Assembly (NCBI RefSeq): GCF_964204645.1
Contig: NC_134025.1
Location: 310,001-374,000, forward strand
Length of the DNA: 64,000 nt
From: Tubulanus polymorphus
Lineage: Eukaryota > Animalia > Nemertea
Reading direction: 5' to 3'
The notes below the pieces were generated by a model. That model had not been told where the DNA came from. It worked only from the letters and a program-made list of their open reading frames with translations, and made no database searches. This document shows positions 50,401 to 64,000 of the stretch, piece by piece. Each line of letters opens with the position of its first letter. The first letter of the stretch is position 1. A program made the position numbers and the translations under genes.

Positions 50401-53400
50401 CAGACCTAGGGCTCCAACTGGTGGTCAATAACAGGTCAGACCCAGGGCTTCCACTGGTGGTCAATAGCCGGTCAGTATTTTACCAGTTTTACCCAGGACT
50501 CAGTTTTTATAGCACATTAGCGACATTCATTCAACAATTTTACAACAATCTTATTATAAACATCTAATTTTCATTCCTTCCTAATGAATCTAGAAGCTTT
50601 CGGCTTTTAGCCTCAGGAATCACACTGTTTTACAAAATACTGATATATTTTAGAAATCCCTAAATCCTTTGTGTTTGTAAGTGTATATATAAAAGCCCCT
50701 AATACCTGGAATACCTGTATTTATAAACTGATAGATTTTCACCAAACCTCCTCAGGTCACAAAACTGTTGAGGTCAACATTTTTGCTAGTCAGATTTTGT
50801 GTAACTGGCCCCAAGAAAGCAGTTCCTAGTCACTAAAGCAGGTAACCCTTGTCTAGGGAGGGGTTCACCGGTAGGATCACTCCATTATTGAGAAGTGAAG
50901 CGCCCCCTGGTGGAAGAGAGAGGTATAGATTGTTAACGCGTGCCTACAACATGCACACAAACCATCTATTTATTATTACTCACAATAAACGTTGGATCTG
51001 TCATTGAAGTGTTAATATTCCATGCATTGAGCTCCTAAATACAAACCAGCCCAAATCAGATCACTCAATCGAACCAGCACGATCAATCAAACCAGCACGA
51101 TCAATCGAACCAGTATGATCAATCAATCAAACCAGTAAGATCAATCAAACCAGCACGATCAATCAAACCAGTACGATCAACCAAAAAACCAGCCCGATCA
51201 AAGTATTATAGCAACCCAAATACCATTGATTCGCAATCAATTTTGAGTAAAGAAAGAGCAGTCATGTTTTGACTAAGGGGTCATTCATAAAGTGAGGGGA
51301 AAATGTATCAGCAATTGGCGTCTAATCCTTTTATACAAAGTGCGTACTTTATGAATGACCAAAACAAAAAATATCCACCATTAGATTAGAAATTCCAAAC
51401 CACCTCGATTAAAAACACTTACAGCATCATCAGGTTCATTCACTACTGATCTCTTAGTTAATAACTGATAATAACGACAACATTCATCATGTGAATTCAT
51501 CAACACCCCCCTCAACAAACCACTTTAAATTGATACACAGGAAAACAACGAATGCTTAGAATTGTAAAATAGACTGAACTATACCGATTGAGGGGTGGAA
51601 GGTTACTTACGTGTGTAGCTCCAAATTTTCCGACCTTCACGCGTTTTCTGCCTTGAACGTTGATTATATCATAAACAGGTAATAGACGATCTCCGGCATC
51701 GTTAAACTTCACTTTACCAGTTAAACCTTTATCTAATTCAGACGTTACTAGATAACTGTAAAACACACACACACAGACAGTGAGATAGAGATTGAGTCCA
51801 TGTGAAGAGAAAAATAGTCAGAAATGTTTCCTTAAGTGAACGATTAATCGTAGAATATAACAATCTTCATTCAATATTCCTGAAACTGTTGAAAAGCTTC
51901 ATATATAATTCAGCTCAATGTAATTTGTCATAGCACACCAGACTCCATGAACAAGAAAGCAGGCGATATCTCAACTGTAGTGAATACTATCAGATATTAT
52001 GGACTGGATCCAACCCCAGCAGGACCCGGTATCTGAATCTAACCCCAGCAGGACCCGGTATCTGAATCTAACCCCAGCAGGACCCGGTATCAGGATCCAA
52101 CCCCAGCAGGACCCGGTATCTGGATCCAACCCCAGCAGGACCCGGTATCTGAATCTAACCCCAGCAGGACCCGGTATCTGAATCTAACCCCAGCAGGACC
52201 CGGTATCTGGATCCAACCCCAGAAGGACCCGGTATCTGGATCCAACCCCAGCAGGACCCGGTATCTGAATCTTACCCCAGAAGGACCCGATATCTGGATC
52301 CAACCCCAGAAGGACCCGATATCTGATGATTAAAGATTTCTTACTGATAAAGCATTGTTCCTTGTCGATCCCAGTTAGAGGTGGCGCTGCATTCACTCGG
52401 TGGTTCGACCTCTGTCATGTTTGAATGAGCAAACGCTTTTTTAAAAGCTTTACCGATTATTTTCACGCTGTCCTGAATGTGGAAATCTTCATTACGACTG
52501 TTTCTTAACATCAGCCCTAACGCTCCTAAAACAAATAAAAACATCAATTATTACATCGTAATTTTCAATAGTTTCTCATCTCGAATATCTTTGGATTTTT
52601 ATCTATGAAAATACATTTTTAATTGAATATCTGAAGGGGGTTAGAACGTATTCTAACGGAATATTTGCCGTTCATCTTTATCATCGTGGGTCTGGTTTTA
52701 TAATCTTTGAGTTGATCAGATCTGACTGAGGCTCGGTGAGACTGGTCTTAAATCTAAAGCAGTGACTGAACAACTGGCGAAACAGAAACTATCTAACAAT
52801 ATTTATCATGAAATATGAATTCTTACCCGATGGAGCATTTTCAGCCTCTAATGCCTGTTCACTGAGTATCCATACATACCCAGGATCACTCATATTCAGA
52901 GCAACGACATCTTTAAAAAATACTGTCGCGTCTTCTTTACTAGAATCAATAAAATCAATACATCATTAGTGAAAACTAGAAATGAACATTGATGTGACAC
53001 AGCATACATCAGATAGTGTACATCAGACAGTGTACAGCAGACAGCGTACAATGTACATGTCCAGTGTACATCAGATAGTGTACATCAGACAGCGTACAAT
53101 GTACATCAGATAGTGTACAGCAGACAACGTACATCAGACAGCGTACAATGTACATGTCCAGTGTACATCAGACAGTGTACATCAGACAGCATGCAATGTC
53201 CATGTACAGTGTACATCAGACAGTGTACAATGTACATGTACAGTGTACAATTTTAGATAAGGCTCTATATGAATGTTTAGTAATAATATAGTAGAGATTA
53301 ATGAACTTACGAAGCGCTGAGTAGAAATACTTGAGTATCATCAGTAAACCGTGGACGTAACTGGTCGATGTAACTCTCTTCACCAGGGGCATAATCTATC

Positions 53401-55630
53401 ACTTTAGCAATCTACATACATCATAAAACATCGGAGTTAATATCCAGTGAGGAAAGAGAGGAGGAAAAGAGACATCGATAAAACACTGGATGCAACATTC
53501 TAACAACATTGTCATCATTATCATCATTATCATCATCATCATCATCGGGCACCGCATTCAACATAACACTACTGACTAAAATATAAACTATGAACAACAG
53601 TGTGTGTGATACACGGTGGTATCAGAAACTGGGGAATCAGGCAGAAATCAGACATCTATTAAAACAACATTCATGTGAGCTGAGGCAGCAGATTGAGTAT
53701 ACAGAGAATAAACAACATCTAAAATACAGTCACCCTCTACACATTTACAAACTATTCTAATCTAACTAAAGCTTTGATCGATGCTGAACAATGTTACAGT
53801 TGGCCAGATAAGAGGCAGGTAGTTTTTAACTGATGATTTGAGAGATGTTTTATATACACCTGGTCACATTTAAAGGGGGTCTTGTGGTTTCGGTTTAAGA
53901 TGGTCCTTTATTTGAGGGGTCCTGTGGTTTCGGTTTAAGTTGGTCCTTTATTTAAGAGGTCCTATGGTCTCAGTTTCAGTTTTAAGGAGTCTGGTATTCA
54001 ATAGGGTCTATGGTGTCAGTTTAAGGGGGATATATATTCAAGGGGGTCCTATGGTCTCAGTTTTAAGGAGTCTGGTATTCAAGAGGTCCTATGGTCTCAG
54101 TTTTAAGGAGTCTGGTATTCAAGAGGTCCTATGGTCTCAGTTTTAAGGAGTCTGGTATTCAATAGGGTCTATGGTGTCAGTTTAAGGGGGATATATATTG
54201 AAGGGGGTCCTGCCCATGGTCTCTGTTTTAAGGGAGTTGGGTGTCGTGATGGTCTGATGGGTCCCGTGATAAAGAGAAACAGGACAAACACTTTACAATC
54301 ATACCTCGATTTTAATTTCAATATCAGACGAACCTTTTGGTCGAGCCTGTTCATAGAAAACAATACAGTTCAACGAGCATTAGAGACAGATAGTAGACCG
54401 CAGTATCTCACGATATCTCAATCTCGAAAATATCGTTGCTAGGCAACGCGTTGAGATGCTGCTATATGTGATGCTTATCGTGCGAATTCAGGATTCTATC
54501 GATTCAGGAGCTGATATCAACACACACACAATAATTACATCTCAGCAGTTCCTGCGGGTACCTTGTAGGTTTACACTAATACTGGGAAAGGTTATTATCA
54601 TAATATGGAATATCGTCTTTACAATTCTACAAATTGAAAAAATGTGTAAATTTTGATGAAAAATAGAAACCTACCAGGCCTTCTTTATAACCGATTTCAT
54701 TTTGAAATGTAGCGACCATCGCTCGTCCTTCCTGATCAGCGCTGTGAAATATAACTACCGTACTCCATCTAAAATGTCGTACCATATCAACCCAAACTTT
54801 AGCTTGATGTGAATACGGGGGAACAGTGCGTAAATATGATCTGTGGAGATTCTGTAATAAAACAACTATCCATTTATACAGAATCCTAAATAGTTTAATT
54901 CTCAGGTTCTACACAAATATATGTTAAAAACATCGGAAATTGACTAATTCTAAATGGGAACTATTTATTGAATTGGGTCCTGGAATCATAGACTGGTTTC
55001 AACTTTATCCTTGGAGTTTCCTTAATGTGAGCTCAACCCCATAAAACCAGACCCTTCGTTAAATCTAAAAAGCATAATACAGCTCAATCATTGGTAGTAT
55101 AGCATATGCCTAATTTAAGATTCGGGATGAACTAATTAGTATCTATATTATAACAATGACATACATTAGGAATAAATTACTGTAATTAAATGTTACATTA
55201 TTAAACTATAAATAATGATTACGGTACTTACCGTATCAGAGAATACACTGTCTCTAGCTGAAATACCTATCACTGGTATTTTATAGAATCCACACGTATA
55301 AGATACAGATATTGGTGGTGTGTATTTGTTTTTCGGAGGGTGACTAACCACTACACTGTAGACTTTCTTCGGTAGAAGGGTCTCACAGATCTCCATCGCT
55401 GATCTGATCGGATTCTGATGCATGATTTGAGTTGTAGCGTTATAAACAGCATCGTTCAGTTGAGTTTCGGGATCTCTGTTTAAATCAGAGACGACTTGTT
55501 GGAATTTAATTTCGTGAGCTCGCGAACTCAAAACTCCTCCAATATTTATAATCCGGACTTTCGATGTAACAATTGAAACCAAACAACAGACGACAGTTAT
55601 TACTGCTGCACAGTGACACATCCTCCCCAT
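44487..55630 (-). CDS. GRIN1: NMDA receptor subunit GluN1; 16 core exons + candidate 42-nt cassette (~935/949 aa)
   Basis: Signal peptide, [58 protein letters not shown] (N-site Asn), [34 protein letters not shown]; GT-AG exons in phase. Confidence 0.97.
47974..48205. repeat. 29-bp intronic tandem repeat AAGAAAATAAAATCATTGTTTACTTCATA, ~8 copies
   Basis: Seen directly; fills most of a GRIN1 intron. Confidence 0.9.
49990..50475. repeat. 40-bp intronic minisatellite GTCAGACYCAGGGCTATCACTGGACAGTGGTCAACAGCCA, ~12 copies
   Basis: Seen directly. Confidence 0.92.
51065..51200. repeat. ~19-bp degenerate repeat ATCAATCAAACCAGCACG
   Basis: Seen directly. Confidence 0.75.
52004..52326. repeat. 27-bp intronic minisatellite ATCCAACCCCAGCAGGACCCGGTATCTG, ~12 copies
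   Basis: Seen directly, just downstream of a GRIN1 splice donor. Confidence 0.92.
53005..53250. repeat. TGTACA-rich degenerate repeat (TGTACATCAGACAG)
   Basis: Seen directly. Confidence 0.8.
53875..54212. repeat. ~39-40-bp degenerate tandem repeat (GGTCCTATGGTCTCAGTTTTAAGGAGTCTGGTATTCAAGA)
   Basis: Seen directly. Confidence 0.8.
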
Positions 55631-56574
55631 CTTTTTAACTGACTGGGTGCTGCACTACACGATGTACACCGTGTGGTGTAGCCCTACACTAAAAATCCAC
55701 TGATGATATTTAGGCAACCGAAGCCGCTGTGTGTATGTCGAGACTATAACAGTTGCATCTGATCGCCAGCTGCAAGTGAAATAGGAACCAGCTATGACCA
55801 GCTGTCGCTGCGGCGATGCTCCTGTTTCATTTCCGGGTTTATGTCAAAATTTATGTTTACATCGTAATGTATAAGGGTTACTCCGAGAATATCCTCATCC
55901 CACCGAGCTAGTGTGTCGGAGCTATCCTATGTGATTCCTACGTGGCGCGGTCCGGTGGAATTTTGTGATATATAGCCTACGGACGTTCCCGCGTTGTTCG
56001 TCATTTTTTAGAGAAAACCTGCATTTAACACAATAATCTGTTGTTGAAAGCAAGGTCCGTCAACATACATTCTGTTACGGACGTGCGCACTGAGCACAAA
56101 TATATTCAAACTCACGAAATTGTCATACGAATCATTGGTCTAGTGGTTAGCGTGCACGGCTACCACGGTGTAGGTCGCCGGATCGAGTCCCACGGGGGAT
56201 GTTTTTCGGCCGGCGAGGTGTTGATACAATGATTGCGAGTATTGTTTTTTTATCAGGACGGTTGATTCTGCTTAATTGCTTTTTTCTTAAAACACAAATC
56301 GTTTATTTATCCAGTACACGCCGCTTTATTCGGTATCGTTGCAACAGACGTAAACAAATTACAAGTTCACAATGAGGGAAATGGAAACTTTTTTAAGAAG
56401 AGTATGGCAAAAATTCGTTGAACAATACCGAGTAGTATCCATATTTCTAAAACAATATATTGTCATAAAAAGTTTTGAGTCTAACAGCAGTTCAAGTTAG
56501 AAACTATATCACGGGTGTCAGTTACACGGCTGTCTAATTCAGTAAATCGAAAGGGAAAAACATTCAGTTATAAA

Positions 56575-57935
56575 GATGTTTATTCCGAATATTAATATAC
56601 ATTATAATATAAGTTCCAGTGCCAAGGTACAAGTACATTATGGGCAAAATGGTTAAGTAAACATTTACAAGTTACAAATTCGGCGTAAACCAGACATAAA
56701 TTTAGAAATGTTACGATGGTTTATATGAGATGGCTAACAGAGCAGGTACTGAACAGTGTAGGTGTCTAATGTTGGAATTGTTGGTAGTTACTAAGAATAC
56801 ATTTTGAAACATTTTTTAGCATTTGAGTGTTAGTGCGAAGGTCGAAAAGGGAGATGTTGTAGTTAAGTAGGAAGTTTATCTTATTGGTTTCAGTGAGATT
56901 TGAGATGTGATCAGTTATTTTGTTGTCGAATGAGGAAAACAGCGCGTCGATTTTTGTTTTGTGACCAGGTGACTGGCATTTAAGCATAAAGTATTTAGTG
57001 TTAGCTGGTTTGTTACACAAGTTGCATGTTGGATTACGGACATTAATAAAGTTGTGAACACGAAGTTGAGATTTTAAAAGGAGGTCGGCGCGTAATCGGT
57101 TAAGTGAAATTTCTTCATCTCGGTTTATGTCCTTAATCAAGTACGTTGGTTGGAACAGCAGTCGAAACTTGATGTTTGATACGAGACTTGAATAGGGAAA
57201 GCGTTGTCAGCGAGCGAAGATTATTGTCGGTGTTGTTCCAGGTGTCCATGAGTAAAAAGGAGGGAGACGAACGAATTTTCGCACTAGTGCCGGCTGGTAT
57301 GGTGAAGGGTCGAGGATTTCTGATGAAGCGAGGTCGAACCGATTTGTATGTATTAAAGATTGTAGAGACGTAAGTGGGAATATTTCCTGATGAGACTCGG
57401 TACATATATGTTTGAAGTCGTTCTTTCCTACGAGTATCGAGTGTTTTCCAGTTTAGACAAGAAAGGACTTTGCTAGAATTCGAGCCACGGATAGGAGGCT
57501 TTACTTGCACTGTTGTACAATATGTCTCCCTAGTCGAAATGAGGGCAAATGAAGGACGAGTAAATCTTATTGAGATGACGGGATGTAACAAACCGGGATA
57601 AGTGCTTCAGTGGATTTATTAATTTTTGCACCTTATTTGCCAGAGACTCCACATGGTCATTAAACGAGAGATTCTCGTCAAAGATGAATCCTAAATGTTT
57701 GTGGGTTTTTTTGCTCGGAATGACTTCGTTTCCCAACTTCAGCGCGGCAAACTTTTTAGAGCCTTTCTTACTAAAAATCATATCGACGCTTTTCGAGGGT
57801 TTAAGGATAGGCACCATGTTTGCGACCACTCTAAGATCTTATTTAGGTCCGATTGCAGTATAGAGTTTCCAGCTGCGGGGTTTTCTGGGTCAATTGGGAT
57901 ATAAAGAGAGGTGTCATCTGCATAAAGGGAGAAAC
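56575..57935 (-). mobile_element. 5'-truncated, frameshifted non-LTR retrotransposon (CR1/L2-like ORF2 3' end)
   Basis: SLYADDTSLY RT motif at ~57900-57930, HKHLGFIFDENLSFNDHV, IYSSFICPHFD, LNWKTLDTRR, CNLC near the C-terminus, AATAAA at the 3' end. Confidence 0.85.
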
Positions 57936-59631
57936 ATATTTAGGATGAATCAAAGAAAATTGATTTTCAACTAATGATTATGGCTGAAAGTATATGTTTT
58001 ATAGTACCTACATAAGGAGCCCTTTACTTGTATGCAATATCATATATACAACGCCGATATAGAAATACCCGGAGATAAACCACGTCTTACTGAGAGATTT
58101 ATATATTTTTCTAATATTTCATGTTATCTCTAGATGCAGCCGGCCGCTTAGACCGAATACATTTCAGCTTTGTCTCACTAGTTGCGCATAAAAACGATTC
58201 GCTTCTCTTTGTACCAAATTAGTAAGTGTAGTGAAAATTCGGTAAAACTTCAGTTTATAAAACTACTGACACCCAGTCCCTGAATTTGGCCCTGTGTGAT
58301 TGACACAATGGCCTCAGGGACTGTGTGCTTTACATCATCAAAAAGCGATCTTTAATTCTAAAGATAATTCGCTTGCCAGTGGTCAGTATCGCAGCCCCCT
58401 CAAATTCACTGTTCGGGAAAAAGCTTTAGCTTAGGGATCATTTATTTATTACGCAGGCATCAAATTGGACCTTTTCAATCCCCTCTCAACTCAATTGCGC
58501 TTACCCCTACCCATCCCCTAATGCATACGTATTGAATAAATGATCCTTTAGCGAGATCGAATCCCTCAATCGACAGCGGGAAACAAGACTGGTTGCCTAT
58601 CCAATTTTGCTCCACCGGCAACCAGTCTACGGGAATATCGTCATCATATCCTCGCTTGCCAGGGGCCCGGTATCGCTTTTACACCAGTACGTGCCATTAC
58701 TGGCGCATGACGTCATACGTCCTTGTTCGGCAAAACGAACGTTCGCTGATATAAATGACAAAACTGGTGGTCAACGGCGACGGAGTTGCAGTTCGAGTGG
58801 CGGCGATAACTATAGAAAGAGGTTTGGGCCAAACAGTCGCCGCCCGAACCAGTTTAATCATATAACACTCCTAAACATCTGGATCCGGGTTTCAAATTAT
58901 GGAAGAATGACAATAGAGAATTTGGACGAGTTTAATGCGGAAAGCTGAGACAGTTAAACGCAATTGTGAGACCCGATTGATAAGCTTAGTTCCAAGTTGT
59001 CATAGAAGATCACTTTACTGCAACCAATAATGTATAACAGCTTGGGACTAGTCTTAAGATACAAGGCCCCCAACATGAAACTCGGTTCTATGGTCATGGA
59101 TAACATCGGATCCAGAGTTTTGGAGGGAGTTGACACAAAAAACTTGAGCGGATCACGTGATTGAATCACCACAGATCGCGCTGAATAAACAACACAACAC
59201 AATAATAAGTACATTTATTCAGGTTTACAAAATAGATTCTGGGATTTCAGTTTGTGAACTTGTTCTACAACACCAGCGTTTAAATTATGATACTATCAGC
59301 CAGCTGTATAACGTCTCTAATTCTATCAATGACAACCACGTTTTGATTGATGAGAGTTAAAATAAAAAATTAGTATTTATTTAGAGGCGAGATAGAGGTG
59401 AAATAGAGGTGAAATAGAGGTGAGATAGAGGTGAGATAGAGGTGATCGTGTGCAAGAGGTTTAGCGATGATCGTGTCCAAGAGATCATGTGGAACTGAGA
59501 TTTTATGAAAACATGGCTGTAACTGATAGAATTAAAGAACAGCGACTGTTCTCAAGTTCATTCACAAACAGAAAATCAATCATACAATTATACAATCAAT
59601 CTATTTAATCGCTGGTCATCTGGCCATTGGT

Positions 59632-59830
59632 CATTTCTGGTCATCCCCGGCAATTGGTAAATTGGTCATCCCTGGTCTTCTGGTAGTTGGTCATCCCTGG
59701 TCTTCTGGCAATTGGTCATCCCTGGTCTTCTGGCAATTGGTCATCCCTGGTCTTCTGGCAATTGGTCATCCCTGGTCTTCTGGCAATTGGTCATCCCTGG
59801 TCTTCTGGCAATTGGTAAATTGGTCATCCT
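59632..59830. repeat. 25-bp tandem repeat ATTGGTCATCCCTGGTCTTCTGGCA, ~7 copies
   Basis: Seen directly. Confidence 0.9.
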
Positions 59831-60543
59831 TAAAACAAAAAGGGAAATCATTAACAATACCAGGTGGTTAGGCGATCTAGCCGGGCAAGACAACGCTCCA
59901 ACCTCCAACGAGCCAACCGGAGAAGTGAACACTGAGTTGAACTAAAGTAAGACCCATGGTCACCTGACCTTCTTCTGAGTGGCAGTACACGAACGGGCAA
60001 TCTGGTGTTGCAGGACGACTAATTGCCTCCTCAGGATGCACATTACTGATACTAGCAGAACTAGATAATGATGTGAAAATCAGTTGTATATCAGATTCTA
60101 CAACTCCCCACCAATGATTGACACTGAAATGAAAATAACAGATTCTTCAATATTTACCAAATTCTATTGCAGGAAATCATGAAATAAACTGTTGAAATGC
60201 TGTCTTTGTATACATACCACTTATTGCTTGGAGGAGTTGAACATGTTAAGGACCAGAATTCAGTTTATTTCCAAACGGAATAAAATAAAATGCAGAATGA
60301 TTATAACGGTTATTGAATTTGTCTCCAGCAAGTATCTGTATCCATCTTCAGCTCACTTCACACACAGCTATAGATCTGAGTTCCTTACAGCGACCACTGA
60401 ATCAACTTAATCATTACAACTGAAATAATGATAACACATTCTATATGAATACATATGAAGCACATCTGAAACCAAAGTGATAGAAAAATAGAAAGTTGTA
60501 AAATGTTTTCTGACGCAGTCTGATTTGTGTCAGATTGTAACTG

Positions 60544-63500
60544 TAGAAGTTTCACTCATTGTTTCAGTCTAATAAGAGTCATAACTGATGTACATGTAAC
60601 ACTGACTGTGTAACACTGCAGTCATTTGTTCACTTATTCCTCCTCAGTTTGAAGAATGTTTTATTCTCTCATCTTCATTAGCGATAAGAATCATTCTCAT
60701 CGGTGTAACTACAACATCGTAACATTTCTACTTATTCAATCATAGAGGGAATGAGGAGTATGGCGCTTGGGTATGGAATGAGACAGAGTATGGGATTTGA
60801 CACGTTAGGGGAGGATAGGACATTGTGATAAGGTAAGGTCAGGTTGGATGATGCAGGGTTGTTTGATATGGCTGGATTAGATGATCAGTTTAATATAGAA
60901 CTGTTTGGGGTGGGTGTATGTGGTAGTGTACGATGTATAGTTAGGGAGGTGTATGATAACGGATTGAAAGGTTGCCGGTAGAGGGCGGTACAGGTGTGAT
61001 GCTGGTATGGTATGTGTAAGGTAGGGGTGTTGTTTTTAAGGATAGGGTAAGGCATGATGCGGGGTCAGGATGTTTGGTGTTGTTGAGGTGAGGGTGAGGT
61101 CGGGGGTGGTGTCTGTGGAAGGTTGGGAGGTACGTGATGTGATATAAGGGGTGGAGCTAGGACAGTACAGGGTGTGATGAGTGATTGATGGGGTCGGTCC
61201 ATCTCTCAGTGGCCTACAGGCCACTCCCTTTAGACATCTCAATGCAATTCCTATTCTTATTTAGAATTTTTCACTATTTTTCATTAATGGCTGTTGAGTG
61301 AAATTAGCCAGTTTAGAGCTACCTAACTAACATATGCCATGATAAATAGCATCACTGGGTAAAAATGAATTCACGAGTAGTGGAATGAGCTATGGATGTG
61401 ACGTCTAAAACCTTGTTAGTGAACGACTTGAAAATCTTAAGTCTATTTACAATTGCCGACAAACCTACAATGAACTACTGGTTGAAAAGTAGTCGAGACA
61501 CTAAAATCAATCAGATAATGTCAAACTAAATCTTATGGAACAGGTGAGATATTTTTTCAAGCCTCCCATTCCCTCAAACTACTCCTCAATTCTATGTGAA
61601 ATACTAGGAGACGATACCCGCAAGATATTGAATATTAAGACACCCTCGAAACAATGATAAATCAGTAACAGTATTTTACATGTGTGTCACATGATTCATT
61701 TTAACAAGTGAACGATTCATGAAGCAAATGACGGCAAAATCTTCTGATTCACAAATATCTGAATAGTTTTTACCCAACTACAAGCTTTACGAATAGCAAA
61801 CTGATGAGAAATAGACTCTGAACCCACAATTAAATTATTCAAGATTTTCTGTGAATTATTTCTCTTATATTTATCACGTTACACCCAGTGATACATTAAA
61901 CTTAGCACCTCCTCTCTCTCACTCTCTCACTCTCACACACTTTCTTATTTGCCATTTTTTGCAATGATCTTTAAGCACGTGAGGTAGGAATAGACCACTG
62001 CCCACTCTCTTAGCCAGTAGTGGACTACCCTTTTGACGCCACTTTTGTGCTTGGTGGCTTTAAGCTCACCTTTCTTGAGTCGAGGTAGGAATAGACCCCT
62101 GCCCGCCATCTAGGCCAGCAGAACACTAAACCTTCGAATTGCTCTCGGACCCCACTCTTTTCATGTTCTTTCTTTTTCTTATGGCTCTCTCTCTATCTCT
62201 CTCTATCTCTCTTTGCTTTGTATCAGTACCACCCGGCAGTAAGTGAATATATAGGAAATATAGTAATTGAACTGGGTTTAAATCCATCCCAATCAGTGCT
62301 TTTAAAACCAGTAGTAGGGCAGCAGTTCACTATAGTCAGACAGAATCATATCATTGTTTGATGATATTGTTTATTTGCAGCACCATTTGTTCCATGAAAC
62401 AAGTTTCAATTCCTAAATGAATCAATGAATTCAATCTTCAATAGCATCATTCTCGATGTATCTCATATAGAGATTGTGGAATAGTAAGCGCGGGAAGGCT
62501 GTATAAGGCTAGGTACGATACTACTGATATAAACCCTTGAAGTATTTACATCCAAGTTGAAATCACTCTGTTGAGTTCTATCCTGTCAAGGACATGCTAA
62601 AAGCCCATCTTATTCATCAACGCGTATCAGAATTTTGCGCGTACCTATATTTCGTAAATGAGCCACGCATTCAAAACGACGGGCTTTCTATACAGGCTTG
62701 TATTCAATTACACTGCACAATATGTCAGTGAAGAGACATAATGAATGCAGATCAAAACACTAGTTCAACTAGAGAAAATACACATGTGAGTATTTTCAGT
62801 CAATACATATTTGAGTGAAACTCAACTCATTTCAAAAATACCCGTGTACTCAAAACGACAGGCTTTCTACACAGGCTCGTACTGTATCCAAACTCCAACT
62901 CTGGACTGGTCCACTTTCTACACGGGCTCGTACTGTATCCCAACACCAACTCTGGACCGGTCCACTTTCTCTGAATCGCATTACCCTACCCCAACATCAC
63001 CCGTGTACTGTCCTATCACCATCCTTGTCACCATTTCCCTACATTTCAGACAGAAACAGATTTCTATCTAAAGAAGTTGTGGGGGGGGGAAGGACAACAT
63101 CTGTTATATGAGCCGTACTTCAGTACTGTCTCCTGATGAGTGAAAGAGCATCAGGAGCATCACTCATCATTGTTCAAAACATTCAACTGTGGTCCCATTC
63201 AAAACACAGCAAAAACCCTGCTACTAGTGAAAACATGGATAAATTCACCCTTACCTCAACAACACCAAACATCCTGCCCCCCCACATTACCCAAACTTAC
63301 ACTATCCTTAACACTCTACACACACCGCCCCCTATCTTACACATACCATACCAGCATCACTACGACACAACCTCCCTCGCCAGGGTCTGGTTGCGTTCCG
63401 CTGAATCTCACATCTGGATAATTACTCCGCAATAATTGGCTGAATAATTCCTCGTATTTCAATAGACCGATGAATAAAGAGATGCAGTCGGCGTTTGTCG

Positions 63501-64000
63501 ACGTGAGCGACAGCAGGAAGCGACCCGAGCCCTGGTGAGTGAGGATGCTACTGTACCGCCCTCTACAAGCAACCTTTCAATCCGTTATCATACACCCTCC
63601 GAACATACACACCGTACACTACCACATACACCCACCCCAAACAGTTCTATATTAAACTCATCATCGAATCCAACCACATCAAACAACCCTGCATCATCCA
63701 ACCGACCTTACCTCATCACATTATCATATCCTACCCTAACAGTCAACTACACCATACCCTGCCCCATTCCATACCCAAACCTCATACAACTCATTCCCTA
63801 TATGATTGAATGAGTGGAAATGTTACGATGTTGTAGTTACACGGATGAGAATGATTCTTATCGCTAATGAAGATGAGAGAATAAAACATTCTTCGAACTG
63901 AGGAGGAATAAGTGAATAAATGACTGCAGTGTTACACAGTCAGTGTTACATGTACATCAGTTATATCTCTATTAGACTGAAACAATGAGTGAAACTTCTA
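60544..64000. repeat. Large inverted repeat: arm ~60544-61100 vs arm ~63245-64000 (runs off the window)
   Basis: e.g. TAGAAGTTTCACTCATTGTTTCAGTCTAATA (60544) is the reverse complement of the window end; similarity decays inward. Confidence 0.85.

Noticed and set aside
49974-50567. Three overlapping plus-strand ORFs
   Set aside because: 40-bp intronic minisatellite, antisense to GRIN1
54495-54590. Additional small GRIN1 exon candidates
   Set aside because: The AG/GT combinations tried give frameshifts or immediate stops
58607-58948. 113-aa ORF in a GC-richer patch
   Set aside because: No ATG start, splice signals or recognisable domain; may be regulatory but unsupported

Overview
AT-rich, intron-containing animal genomic DNA; a marine invertebrate (lophotrochozoan-like) is inferred from the protein sequences but not proven. 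Left to right: (1) ~9.5 kb of mostly non-coding DNA with micro/minisatellites and two orphan exon candidates; (2) a minus-strand TALPID3/KIAA0586 gene whose recognisable exons stop at a 60-bp hairpin satellite; (3) ATP synthase subunit b (ATP5PB), divergently transcribed from a short shared promoter; (4) a recent ~10-kb tandem duplication carrying two 21-exon, signal-peptide/GPI-type Xaa-Pro aminopeptidase genes. One copy has HGTGHG changed to HDTDHG in the active-site loop. The other carries a CACTA-type element with a nested IS3EU-like element; (5) a complete NMDA receptor GluN1 gene with a candidate 42-nt cassette exon at the vertebrate N1 position and candidate microexons at the C0/C1 junction; (6) a decayed non-LTR retrotransposon and a large inverted repeat. 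Dispersed Penelope-type hammerhead-like repeats and tRNA-box/TTAGGG elements recur throughout. All exon coordinates were read by eye.
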